From contig CAVXDC010000007.1 in assembly GCA_963760365.1 (NCBI GenBank), positions 82,728 through 146,727 of the forward strand: a stretch of DNA of 64,000 nt, given 5' to 3'. The stretch comes from an uncultured Phycisphaerae bacterium. GTDB taxonomy: Bacteria; Planctomycetota; Phycisphaerae; SM23-33. The notes below the pieces were generated by a model. The model saw only the letters and a list, made by a program, of their open reading frames with translations. It was not told the DNA's origin and ran no database searches. Every line of letters begins with the position of its first letter. The first letter of the stretch is position 1. Of this stretch, positions 10,326 to 20,204 are shown one piece after another. Both the position numbers and the translations under genes were made by a program.

Positions 10326-11123
10326 CTATACCAGTTTTCCTTCCCTCTGGGCCCTGACATAGTTCATGCAGAACTCATCCCTGCCGGCGACGGCCTCGGC
10401 AGCGTAGATGGTAGCGATGACATCAGGAATGCATGGGTCGATGAGGGCAGCGTCCATGCCGTGGTAGATTGCCTGGGCCAGCAAGGCCAAGTTGATGTAC
10501 TTGCGCCTCGGCAGGCCAAAGCTGATGTTGGAGCATCCCCCGCCGATGTGCACCCCCGGCCACTCCCTGCGGACGGCGGCAATGGCGTCGATGACACACC
10601 GGCCGCTTGAGGCGTCGGTGGAGATAGCAAGGAAGCAGGGGTCGATGATGATGTCGCCCAGTTTTTTGCCGGCGGTGGTGAACTTGCCGATCAACTCCGC
10701 GGCGTTCCGCAGGCGGTCCTCCACGCCGCGAGGGGCGCCCTGGTCGCTCATCAGCAGGCCGATCACCATGCAGTCGTACTGTTCCAGCATGGGCAAAAGC
10801 GGGACGAGGCGGTTGCTCTCCAGCGAGATGCTGTTGAGGATGGGCCTGCCCTTGGCCTTGGACAGCCCCGTCTTGACGGCCTGGGGGTCGGCGGAGTCGA
10901 TGCACAGGGGCGCGTCGGTGTGGGCCTGAATCGTCTCGACCAGCCAGGCGATATTTTGGACCTCCCGGCCGGGGCGGGGATCGCCGCCGTTGACGTCCAG
11001 GTAGTGTGCGCCGGCTTGGACCTGCTGCCGGGCCGTCTGGACGATCCTTTCGGCGTTCCGGACCTCCAAGGCTTCGGCGATGACCTTCCGCGTGGCGTTG
11101 ATCTTTTCACCGATGACGATCAT
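10326..11123 (-). CDS. Methyltetrahydrofolate:corrinoid methyltransferase-like protein (pterin-binding domain, AcsE/MeTr family paralog)
   Basis: MIVIGEKINATRK, YLDVNGG, CIDSADP, ILNSISLE and GGCSNISFGLP run parallel to the acsE at 53186. GGAAGGA lies upstream of ATG 11123. The longer ORF to 11219 only adds a Cys-rich leader. Confidence 0.75.
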   Translation of the reverse strand: MIVIGEKINATRKVIAEALEVRNAERIVQTARQQVQAGAHYLDVNGGDPRPGREVQNIAWLVETIQAHTDAPLCIDSADPQAVKTGLSKAKGRPILNSISLESNRLVPLLPMLEQYDCMVIGLLMSDQGAPRGVEDRLRNAAELIGKFTTAGKKLGDIIIDPCFLAISTDASSGRCVIDAIAAVRREWPGVHIGGGCSNISFGLPRRKYINLALLAQAIYHGMDAALIDPCIPDVIATIYAAEAVAGRDEFCMNYVRAQREGKLV

Positions 11124-11246
11124 CCTGCATCCTTCCGACAGACCAATCAGCTTCGACCAGTAATGGAGACACCCATTTGATACCCCCGCGCACAGGCAGG
11201 GACAAGGGCAATCCGCCAAGGTTCTTCGCAGATGCCTCAGGGTCGG

Positions 11247-12036
11247 CTACGGTTCGCGGCGCCCGTACAGGTAGGTGTAGAACATGCCCACGAACAGCGC
11301 CCCGCCGAGGATGTTGCCCAGCGTGACGGGCAGAAGGTTGACCAGCAGGAACTGTCCCCAGGTGACCTTGGCGCCCAGGAAGATGCCCATTGGCACGAAG
11401 AACATGTTGGCCACGCTGTGCTCAAATCCCAAGGCCACGAACACCATGATCGGCCACCAGATGCCTAGGACTTTGCCCGCCACGTCGTCGGAGGCAATCG
11501 ACAGCCAGACGGCCAGGCACACCAGCCAGTTGCACCCGATGCCCTTCAGCAGCAGGGGCCAAAAGCCTTGAGTCACCTTGCCCTCGGCGATCCCCTTGGC
11601 ACAGGTCAGCCACGGATCGGCCGAGAGCAACCCCGTCAGGTACACCAGGCAATAGGCCACAAAGACCGATCCAATGAAGTTGCCCACGAACGACCACACC
11701 CAGTTCCGCACCAGCGCACCCCAGCTCGTTTTGCCCAGCAGCGTCGAGGGGATCATCAAGGCCGTGTTGCCGGTGAACAGCTCCGAACCGGCGATGACCA
11801 CCAGCATCAGCCCCACGGGAAAGACCCCCCCGAAGATCAGCTTGGCCAGCCCGGGGTTGTTCGGCCTTGAGGGACGGTGCCCCGCCGACCACCACCTCGG
11901 CCAGCAACCCTCCAAAGGCAATGTACGCCCCTGCCAAAAAACCCAGCAGCAGCAACTTGCCCAGGGGTAGCGTGCTCTTGAAGCTGCCGATGGACGTTAC
12001 GGTGCGAACGATCTCATCAGGGGTCTTGCAGGCCAT
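11247..12036 (-). pseudogene. Formate/nitrite transporter family channel (FocA/NirC-like); one frame break as assembled
   Basis: N-terminal piece (ORF 11422..12036) reads [20 protein letters not shown]-terminal piece (ORF 11247..11921) reads [42 protein letters not shown]. The junction is near 11868. Confidence 0.8.
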
Positions 12037-12158
12037 GGACGTCCTCTCACAAAGATGCCCGCGCCAACCATCTCAGCCGATGACCGACGATCGGATCGCG
12101 GTATTTTCGCTAGAAATTAGCGATTAGCGCCGCAGGGGTCAATACCGCCTGGCCGCAG

Positions 12159-14191
12159 TCAGGGAAAATACACCGGCGACGTCTTAATAAACTCCTGGTC
12201 GGTCAAGAGCACGTCATAGGCCGCTACGGCAGCCTGCGCGGCGATCCGATCCGCCAAGCCGCGGATTTCATCGACCGACCGGCCGTGGACCATGGCAAAG
12301 AGGTTGTAGTCGAATCCCGCCACCGGCCGGCGGCGGTAGCAATGGGACACCTGTGACAGCCGCGCCAAGGCTGAACCCGCCTCGTCGATGTGGCCGAGCG
12401 GCGCGCGAAATACCGCCAGGCCGTTGGCGACGCAGCCCAGGCGGCGATGGCTGACGACGGCGCCGATACGACGGATCACTCCTTCCGCCAGCCAGGACTT
12501 CACTTGGTCGGCCAATTGTTCAGCGGTCCAGCCGACGCTGCGGGCCGGTGCGTCGAATAGACGGTCCGCCAACGGCAAGTCCCCCGCCAGCAGCCGCACC
12601 AACGCTCGCTGGGAAGCGTCAAGCAGCACGGGCATCACCGACCGGGCCGGTATGGCGTCGGTGGGAATCTGGTCGCCGGAAACCGCCAGACCGGGAGGAA
12701 CGAACACGGCCCGAATCTTGTAAACCCTCTCCGCAGGCAAAGAGCGGATTTCCCCAATCCCGCTTCGCTGCCGCAAGTCGCTCAGGACTGCATGGATCCG
12801 GACCTGGTTCGGCGCCGTCAGGGTGAACCACAGGTTGTACCGGTGGCAGCGGCTGTAGCTATGTGTGACGCCGGGAATATCAGCCACCATCGCGGCCACC
12901 TGCTCCAGTCGGCCCTGCGGGACGGCGGCGGCGACGAGCGTCGTGACGAAACCCAGTCGGCGGGAGTCAAACACCGCCCCCAGGCGACGGATATATCCTT
13001 CCTTCCGAAGGCGGTGCAACCGCTCCAACACGTCCTGCGCCTCCATGCCCAGCCGCTGCCCCAGGAGTTTGAAAGGCTCTTCCACGACGGGAAAGTGGAC
13101 CTGGGCGGCCCAGAGGAGTTTTTTGTCCCTTTCATCCAGCTCATCCACCCCAGCAACGTCGGTTCGCGTGACGGGGGGATGGTAATGGGGTTGATAGACA
13201 CACAGCGGTTCCTCGTCCAGGTAATCGCCGCTGGCGGCCAGCGCCCTACCCCGGCAGCCGCCGCAGACATTGTGGAACTCGCAGACCCCGCATCGGCCGC
13301 GATAGCGGGTAGGATCGCGGAGCGCCAGGAAGACCGGCGATTTCCGCCAGATTTCCGCCAAGTTGTAACCGGCCTGGCGCAGCGTCGCCACAGGCCACCT
13401 CCAGGAATCCGCAGGCCTGGACTTTGCCGCGATGGGAGACGAAGGCAAACGACTGCCCGCCCATGCATCCCTTGGCCGAGCGATCCGTCACAAGGCCGCG
13501 CTGACGCAAGATGCGCTGAAAGTGCGGGCGCAGGTCACGCGAATCTCCATGCCGAAGCCTTGACGATCGGCCAGCCAAGTCAGCGTCTGCTCATACTGCT
13601 CCGCCGACAGGGCTTGATCCGCCAATCCTTGACCGCGGCCGGCGGGCACGAGCAGAAACGGGTTGAACGTCCGAGCCCCCACACCGGCGGCCAGCTCCAG
13701 GATGGCCGGAAGCTCCTGAACGTTGTCGCGCGTCACGGTGGTGTTGACTTGAAAGGCCAATCCTGCGCGTTTGGCTGAATCGATCCCCCGCATCGCCGCC
13801 TCGAACGCCCCTTCCCGCCCGCGGAAGGCATCGTGTGTGCGGGCCGTCGCCCCATCCAGCGACACCGAAATCATGGCCACGCCGCTATCGGCCAGGCGCT
13901 CGGCGGAGGCATCGTCCAGCACCGTCCCGCAGGTGGCCAGCACGACGCGCAGCTTCCTTCCGGCGGCGTGGGCGGCGAGGTCGTACACGTCGTTTCGAAG
14001 CAGCGGCTCCCCGCCGGTGAGGATGACGGTGGGCTGGGCGAAGCCGGCGACGTTGTCGATCAATCGCCGCCATTCCTGGCCCGTCAGCTCCTCCTCGTCT
14101 GCCCGCCCGCCGGCCGAGCGCGGCAGTGGCGGCAGTCCAGCACGCAACGGCGGGTGAGCTCCAGGGCAATCAGCCGCAGCGGCGGGGCCAT
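12159..14191 (-). pseudogene. Radical SAM/SPASM enzyme (AhbC/NirJ-like) fused in frame to two AhbA/AhbB (NirD/L-type) siroheme-decarboxylase-like domains; three frame breaks as assembled
   Basis: From ATG 14191 the protein reads MAPPLRLIALELTRRCVLDCRHC (CxxxCxxC), then TGGEPLL, then the SPASM motif CGVCEFHNVCGGCRG. The same frame continues without a stop into two Lrp/AsnC-like repeats (LLWAAQVHFPVVEEPF..; LVRLLAGDLPLADRLF..). Junctions are near 14100, 13530 and 13385. Confidence 0.65.
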
Positions 14192-14217
14192 CGGGGCCGA
14201 TGGGACTGACGTTCCGG

Positions 14218-15381
14218 TCACGGGGAAGGCTCCGGGGTGGAGATTTCCTCATCGGTCAGGTAGCAGGCCGGATCGTCTCCCCACAAATCCCCGGCCGCCT
14301 CAGCCCGCACGCGAAAGTTGCCGCCGCAGGCGTCCAGGAATCGGCACCGGCGGCAGCGGCCTTTCAAAAGCGGCCGACGGTCCCTAAGGGCTGCCAGCAA
14401 CGGGTTAGAGTGATCCGTCCAGATTTGGGAGAACGGCCGATCCTGCACGTTGCCCAGCGACACGTGGCGCCAGAACTGATCGGGATGGACCGCCCCGTCC
14501 CAGCCCACGCAGCCGATGCCCACCCCCGAGGCATTGCCACCGTTGACCCTCAGCAGCGACAGCGCTTCTTGAGCCCGGCGGTTGCCTTCGCGGACCATCC
14601 GCAGGACCAGGTAGGGACCGTCGGCGTGGTTGTCCACGGTGAGGATTTCCCTGGGCATGCCGCGGCGGTGCATATCGGCTGTACGGTCGATGAGCTGGTC
14701 CAGCACCTGGCGCGTGGCCTGGGGTTTCAGGTCCTCTTCTTGAAGATCGGCCCCTCGGCCGGCGTAAACCAAGTGATAAAAACAGGCCCGGGGAATCCCC
14801 TCATGGGCCAGCAGCGAAAAGATGCCATCGATTTCAGAGACATTGCGGCGGGTGAGGGTGAATCGCAGGCCCACCCTCAGGCCCGCCCGACGGCAATGGC
14901 GGATGCCCTCCAGCGCCCAGCCGAATGCACCGGCCTGGCCGCGGAAGTGATCGTGAACCGAGCCCAGGCCGTCCAGAGACACACCGACATACCCGACCCC
15001 CGCCCGCCGCAGCCGCTCCGCCGTGGGCGCATCGATCAACGTGCCGTTGGTGGATAGCACCGCCCGCAGGCCCAGCGACGTGGCCCGGCAGACCAGTTCG
15101 CAAAGGTCCGGCCGCAGGAGGGGCTCTCCGCCTGAAAAGAGCACCACCGGCACGCCGAACGCTGCCAGGTCCTCCAGCATGGCGGTGGCTGCGGCGGTGT
15201 CCATCTGGGGTTCGCTGCCGTCGGAGGCGGCGTAGCAGTGCACACAGTCCAGGTTGCACCGCGACGTGCAGTTCCACACGACCACCGGCCTGCGATCGGA
15301 GGCTGGCTTGTCGTTGTGGCCGTAGCGCAAGGCGTCCAAGGCCCCCGGTGTACCGCAGTATAAACGCGAGATGCTGATCAT
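14218..15381 (-). CDS. Radical SAM/SPASM enzyme, AhbD/AhbC/NirJ family (heme or heme d1 biosynthesis)
   Basis: Intact 387-aa ORF with CNLDCVHC, SGGEPLL and the C-terminal CRRCRFLDACGGN motif. It overlaps cobA/hemD by 4 nt. Confidence 0.75.
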   Translation of the reverse strand: MISISRLYCGTPGALDALRYGHNDKPASDRRPVVVWNCTSRCNLDCVHCYAASDGSEPQMDTAAATAMLEDLAAFGVPVVLFSGGEPLLRPDLCELVCRATSLGLRAVLSTNGTLIDAPTAERLRRAGVGYVGVSLDGLGSVHDHFRGQAGAFGWALEGIRHCRRAGLRVGLRFTLTRRNVSEIDGIFSLLAHEGIPRACFYHLVYAGRGADLQEEDLKPQATRQVLDQLIDRTADMHRRGMPREILTVDNHADGPYLVLRMVREGNRRAQEALSLLRVNGGNASGVGIGCVGWDGAVHPDQFWRHVSLGNVQDRPFSQIWTDHSNPLLAALRDRRPLLKGRCRRCRFLDACGGNFRVRAEAAGDLWGDDPACYLTDEEISTPEPSP

Positions 15382-16912
15382 CGCCGTCTCTCGTCGCCGT
15401 GGCTACAGGCAGCGACCATGGCTTGCACAAGGCCCACCATGGTATGCCTGGTTGCTTCGACGGTTTGAGCAAGACCCGCCTGGTGCAAGGCCGCGGAGGT
15501 CGTCGGGCCGATGCTGGCCAGGCGGACCGAGCGGTTGCGCAGCATCGCCGGATCGACGGCTGACAAAAGCCCGCTAACCGTCGAGGGGCTGGTCAACGTG
15601 ATCCAGTCTACCTGGCCCTCCTCCAGCAACCGGCGGAGCTGCTCCGAGCCGCCCGAGTCCATCCGCGTGCGATAGGCCACCACCGCCGTGACCTCCGCCC
15701 CGCGCGCGGTCAAGCGGTCGGCCAGTTCCGGCGGGGCAATGTCTGATCGCGGCAGCAGCACCCGCGCCCCGCGAAGGTCCGCTGCGGCAGCCAAGGCCTC
15801 CGCGAGGGCAGCGGTGGTGAAATCGGTTGGCTGAAGGTCGCTGCGCAGGCCGAACCGCCCCAGCCGGGCCGCTGTGGCCGGACCGACGCAGCACAGCTTG
15901 CATCCAGCCAGCGCCCGGCCGTCGCCGCCCGAATCGAATAAGGCCGCAAGGAGGGCGTCCACCGCATGGACGGAGGCAAAGACAATCCACTGAAACGTGT
16001 GCAGCATCCCAATAGCTTGCATCAGAGGCGACGGGTCGGCGGGCGGCTCGATGGCGATGGTGGGGCATTCCATCACCGCCGCCCCCAGCTCCTCCAGCCG
16101 ATCAGTCAGATCAGCGGCCTGGGCAACGGCCCGCGTCACGGCGATCCGTTGACCAAAGAGCGGCCGGCGCTGGAACCACTCCAGTTGCTCCCGCAGTGAT
16201 ACCACGTTGCCTATCAAGACAACGGCCGGCGGCTGAAGGTGCGCTTGATGAGCCTTTCCGGCGATGTCGGCCAAGGTGCCGGTCAGCACTTGCTGCCTGG
16301 CCGTGCCTGCCCATCGCACGATAGCGGCGGGCGTGGTTCCATCCTTGTCGGCCTGCATCAATCGGCGGCAGATCGCCTCCAGGTTGGCTGCGGCCATGTA
16401 GAACGCAAGCGTCCCCGGCCAGGCGGCCAGGGCAGTCCAATCCAGCTCGCCGCCTTCCTTGTCGAGCGACTCATGGCCGGTGACCAGCCCCAGGCAACTG
16501 GACATCCCCCGATGCGTCACGGGGATACCCGCGCAGGCCGCCGCGGCTGAGACGGCTGTGACACCGGGGACAATCTCAAAGTCCACCCCAGCCGACGCCA
16601 AGGCCAGCGCCTCCTCCCCGCCTCGTCCGAAGATCATCGGGTCGCCGCCCTTGAGCCGCACGACCGTCTTGCCGTGCGGGCCCGTTCCACCAGCAGGCGG
16701 TTGATTTGTTCTTGGTCCATGGCCGCGGCGGCGGTTCCCTTGCCGGCATAGATGAGCTCGGCGGATGCCGGGGCATGGCGGAGCAGACGAGGGTGAACCA
16801 GGCGATCATAGACAACCACGTCGGCCCGGCCCAGAAGCGTTGCGCCGCGGACGGTGATCAGGCCGGCATCACCGGGACCCGCACCCACAAGGTAAACCTT
16901 GCCTCGCTTCAT
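15378..16912 (-). pseudogene. cobA: Uroporphyrinogen-III C-methyltransferase fused to uroporphyrinogen-III synthase (CobA/HemD); one frame break as assembled
   Basis: The sequence reads MKRGKVYLVGAGPGDAGLITVRG, then after a break near 16680 VRLKGGDPMIFGRGGEE..VPGVTA, followed by a HemD-like C-terminal half. Confidence 0.85.
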
Positions 16913-17869
16913 GGCAGGTCCTCCGCCTGCTGGGAGGAGAGTGAGTCGAACTTTCGCAGGATGTCCTTAGCCCCGGCGTCCTTTAGACGATCCGCCAGCT
17001 TCAGGCCAAGTTCCTGCGCGGCTTGCGGGGTCGAGCAAGAACCTTTTTGTACCGTGTCCCTGAGCATGGGCGAGCCGTTCGGTGCCGCCGCCATGGCTGA
17101 GACAATCAGCGTCGCTCCGTCGTCGGCGAACCTGGCATACGCCCCCACGGGCAGACGGCACCCGCCGCCCAGGCCTGCCAGCACGGCCCGCTCGCAATCG
17201 GTGGCCAAGCGGGCACAGGGTTCGTCGATGGCCTCGACCAGACCCTGCACCCGCCGGTCGTCGGCCCGGCACTGCACGGCCAGCGCCCCCTGCCCCGCGG
17301 CTGGCAGAAAATCCTGCGGGTCCAGGCGACTGTTGATCCGGCCCTCCAGTCCCAGGCGCACGAGGCCCACTCGGGCAAGGATCATGGCCGCGGCGGAGGA
17401 CGCGTCGAACTTCGCTATCCGCGTGCCGATGTTGCCGCGGACGGTCTGGATCTTCAGGTCCGGGCGGCGGGCCAGCACCTGGGCCTGTCGCCTCAACGAG
17501 CCGCACCACATCGTCGCCCCGGCGGGCAGGTCCTCCAGCGCCGGCCCGTGAGACGAGCGCCTCGGCTGGGTCCTCGCGCAGCGGCACGGCCGCCAGGACT
17601 AAGTCCTCTGGCATGGTGATGGGCAAGTCCTTGAGGCTGTGCACGGCCAGGTCGATCCGGCCTTCCAGAAGGGCCAGCTCCAGCTCCTTCGTGAACGTGC
17701 CTTTGCCCCAACCCCCCCTGGCTGACTCTGGCGGCCGATCGCCTTGGGTCGTGATGACCTTCAGCTCGATGGCCACGCCCGCCGCCGACCGTTGCAAGGC
17801 CCGGTGGACCCAATCGGCCTGCCATGTCGCCAACGGCGAACCGCGCGTGCCGAGGATCAATCGACTCAT
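16909..17869 (-). pseudogene. hemC: Hydroxymethylbilane synthase (porphobilinogen deaminase); one frame break as assembled
   Basis: The sequence reads LILGTRGSPLATWQA..GKGTFTKELE..DLAVHSLKDLP, then after a break near 17550 GSLRRQAQVLARRPDLKIQTVRGNIGTRI..QGALAV. Confidence 0.88.
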
Positions 17870-17971
17870 AGCGTGCCATTATAACGATTGCGACAGGACA
17901 GCGAGGGCCTACCTCACTCACCGTTCCCGCCGCATCGCATAGGGTCAATTCCAGCGGCCTTCCAATTGCAA

Positions 17972-18001
17972 TTGACTTTCTACCGCGACGGGCGTTATCA
18001 T
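17972..18001 (+). promoter_or_regulatory. Candidate sigma-70 promoter for the metX leader
   Basis: TTGACT (17972-17977), an 18-nt spacer, then TATCAT (17996-18001), immediately upstream of the riboswitch P1 stem. Confidence 0.4.
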
Positions 18002-18004
18002 CAT

Positions 18005-18115
18005 GGCGGCATCAAGAGTGCGCGAGGGTCCTGGCCCGATGACCGCACGGCAACCTGCCCCCAGTTGGTCGAAGGGTAAGGTGCCGAAGCCAGCCCGACA
18101 GGGACCGATGTGGCC
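18005..18115 (+). promoter_or_regulatory. SAM-I (S-box) riboswitch aptamer
   Basis: GGCGGCAUCAAGAG-UGCGCGAGGGUCCUGGCCCGAUGACCGCAC-GGCAACC-UGCCC..GGGUA-AGGUGCCGAAGCC-AGCCCGACAGGGA-CCGAUGUGGCC matches the conserved S-box core (AUCAAGAG, AGGG..CUGGCCCGAUGA, GGCAACC, GGUGCC.A). A P1 stem is closed by 18005-18013 pairing with 18107-18115. It lies 150 nt upstream of metX. Confidence 0.8.
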
Positions 18116-18265
18116 CGTGGTGACGTGCTCGTGGGCAACGGGATGTCTGCCGCATCCGGCAGGCGTCAGGCGGCAAGAGCTAATTCCCGCCTATCGACGT
18201 CCCCTAAGGCTCAAGCGGCGTGGTTGCCCTGCACCCTGCGCTCCGACGATCGTGGAGAGTGATTC

Positions 18266-20095
18266 GTGAACAATGGAAAGAATGGTTTTTTGGACAGCAG
18301 CGACAGCGTGCGGAGCGCCGCGCCGCTGAAGTACGTCCACAGCGCGATGTTTGATCAACCGTTGGAGCTGGAGCTGGGCGGTCGGTTGGATCAGACGACG
18401 GTGGTCTACGAGACGTATGGGACCTTGAATCCGGGGCGAGACAACGCCGTGCTGATCTGCCACGCCATCAGCGGCGACTCACACGTGGCCCGCCACAACG
18501 AGCAAGACGATCCGGGCTGGTGGGAACTAGCCGGGGTCATCGGACCCGGCCGGCCGATCGACACGGACAAGCTCTTCGTGATCTGCCCCAACCTCCTGGG
18601 CGGGTGCCGCGGCACGACCGGACCCGGCAGCATCAACCCGGCCACGGGCAAGTCCTACGGGGCGGACTTTCCCACCCTCACCATCGGGGACATGGTGGCG
18701 CATCAGAAACAACTGATTGATCACCTGGGCATCCGCCGTCTGCGGGCCGTGATCGGCGGTTCCATGGGTGGCCACCTGGTGCTCCTGTGGGCCCTTCGGT
18801 ATCCGGAACAGGTCGCTGGCACCGTGGCTGTGGCCACGTCGGCGCGGTTGACCAGTCAGGCCTTGGCCTTCGACGTGGTGGGCCGCAACGCCATCCTGCA
18901 CGATCCGGACTTCCGCGACGGCCGTTACCAGGAAGAAGGCACGCGCCCGGTGGCGGGACTCGCCATCGCGCGGATGATCGGACACATCACGTACCTGTCG
19001 CCCCAGGCCATGCAGGAAAAGTTCGACATCGACCGCCTTCAGCCGCGGGAGGTGGCTACGCTGTTCGAGAAGGAATTCGAGAAAAAGTTCTCCGTCGGTT
19101 CCTACCTGGGCTACCAAGGCAGCAAGTTCGTGGAGCGATTCGACGCCAACAGCTACCTGACGCTGTCGATGGCGATGGACTTGTTCGACCTGGGCCAAGA
19201 CCGAGCGGAGATGATCGACGTCCTGGGCCGCAGCCACTGCCACTGGCTCATCCTCAGTTTCACCAGCGACTGGCTCTTTCCCCCCAGTCAATCGCAGGAC
19301 CTGGTCACGGCGTTGCTGGCTACCGGCAAGTCGGTGAGCTACTGCAACGTGGAAAGCGCCTGCGGGCACGACGCCTTCTTCCTGCCCGACGACGCCGACC
19401 GCTACGGAGAGCTGATCCGCGCGTTCCTGGCCAATCTGGGAGATGAACCCGTCGGATCGGTCCCGATCGAACCGACGGGTATAAGCCCCACCAGCATCTT
19501 CCAACCTCAGCGGCTGGACTACGACCGCATCGTCGAGCTGATCCCGCCGCACACCACCGTCCTGGACTTAGGCTGCGGCGACGGCCAGCTCCTGACCATG
19601 CTTCACCGGCGCGGCCACGAACACCTGGTGGGCGTGGAGCTGGACGAGCAGGCCGTCATCGCCTGCGTGTGGCGGGGCGTGGACGTCATCCAGGCCGACC
19701 TGAACAAGGGACTGGCCGCCTTCGGTGATCGGCAGTTCGACTTCGTGGTACTCTCGCAGACCCTCCAGGCTGTGCGCGACGTGGAAGGGATCGTCCGCGA
19801 GATGCTCCGCGTCGGCCGGAGATGCATCGTCAGCTTCCCCAACTTCGCCTACCACAAGCTGCGGAAAATCCTCGCCGAGCAGGGCCGGGCGCCGGAATCC
19901 CCGGGCCAGCTCCGCTACAAATGGTACGACTCGCCCAACATCCGCTTCTGTTCCATTGCGGACTTTCAGCAGTTCTGCGCCGAGCGGAGCATCGGCGTCC
20001 ATCGCATGATCGCCCTAGACACCGAGGCCGGCCAGGAGGTCCGGGACGATCCCAACTATTACGCCGATTTGGCTATCTTCGTCATCAGCCGATGA
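18266..20095 (+). CDS. metX: Homoserine O-acetyltransferase MetX fused to a MetW methyltransferase-like domain
   Basis: Intact 609-aa ORF starting at GTG 18266, after GGAGAG. The alpha/beta-hydrolase MetX part reads AVLICHAISGDSHV..GGSMGG. The C-terminal ~200 aa is MetW-like (VLDLGCGDGQLL..FPNFAY). Confidence 0.88.
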   Translation: MNNGKNGFLDSSDSVRSAAPLKYVHSAMFDQPLELELGGRLDQTTVVYETYGTLNPGRDNAVLICHAISGDSHVARHNEQDDPGWWELAGVIGPGRPIDTDKLFVICPNLLGGCRGTTGPGSINPATGKSYGADFPTLTIGDMVAHQKQLIDHLGIRRLRAVIGGSMGGHLVLLWALRYPEQVAGTVAVATSARLTSQALAFDVVGRNAILHDPDFRDGRYQEEGTRPVAGLAIARMIGHITYLSPQAMQEKFDIDRLQPREVATLFEKEFEKKFSVGSYLGYQGSKFVERFDANSYLTLSMAMDLFDLGQDRAEMIDVLGRSHCHWLILSFTSDWLFPPSQSQDLVTALLATGKSVSYCNVESACGHDAFFLPDDADRYGELIRAFLANLGDEPVGSVPIEPTGISPTSIFQPQRLDYDRIVELIPPHTTVLDLGCGDGQLLTMLHRRGHEHLVGVELDEQAVIACVWRGVDVIQADLNKGLAAFGDRQFDFVVLSQTLQAVRDVEGIVREMLRVGRRCIVSFPNFAYHKLRKILAEQGRAPESPGQLRYKWYDSPNIRFCSIADFQQFCAERSIGVHRMIALDTEAGQEVRDDPNYYADLAIFVISR

Positions 20096-20204
20096 CGGAC
20101 GACGAAAACACCGGCCAGGGATGCCCTCACCAGGTCAGGCTTTGGCATCCAAACGGGCTGGATGTACCGTACTATTTAAATAGAAGACAGAGTTGGAGTA
20201 ACTC

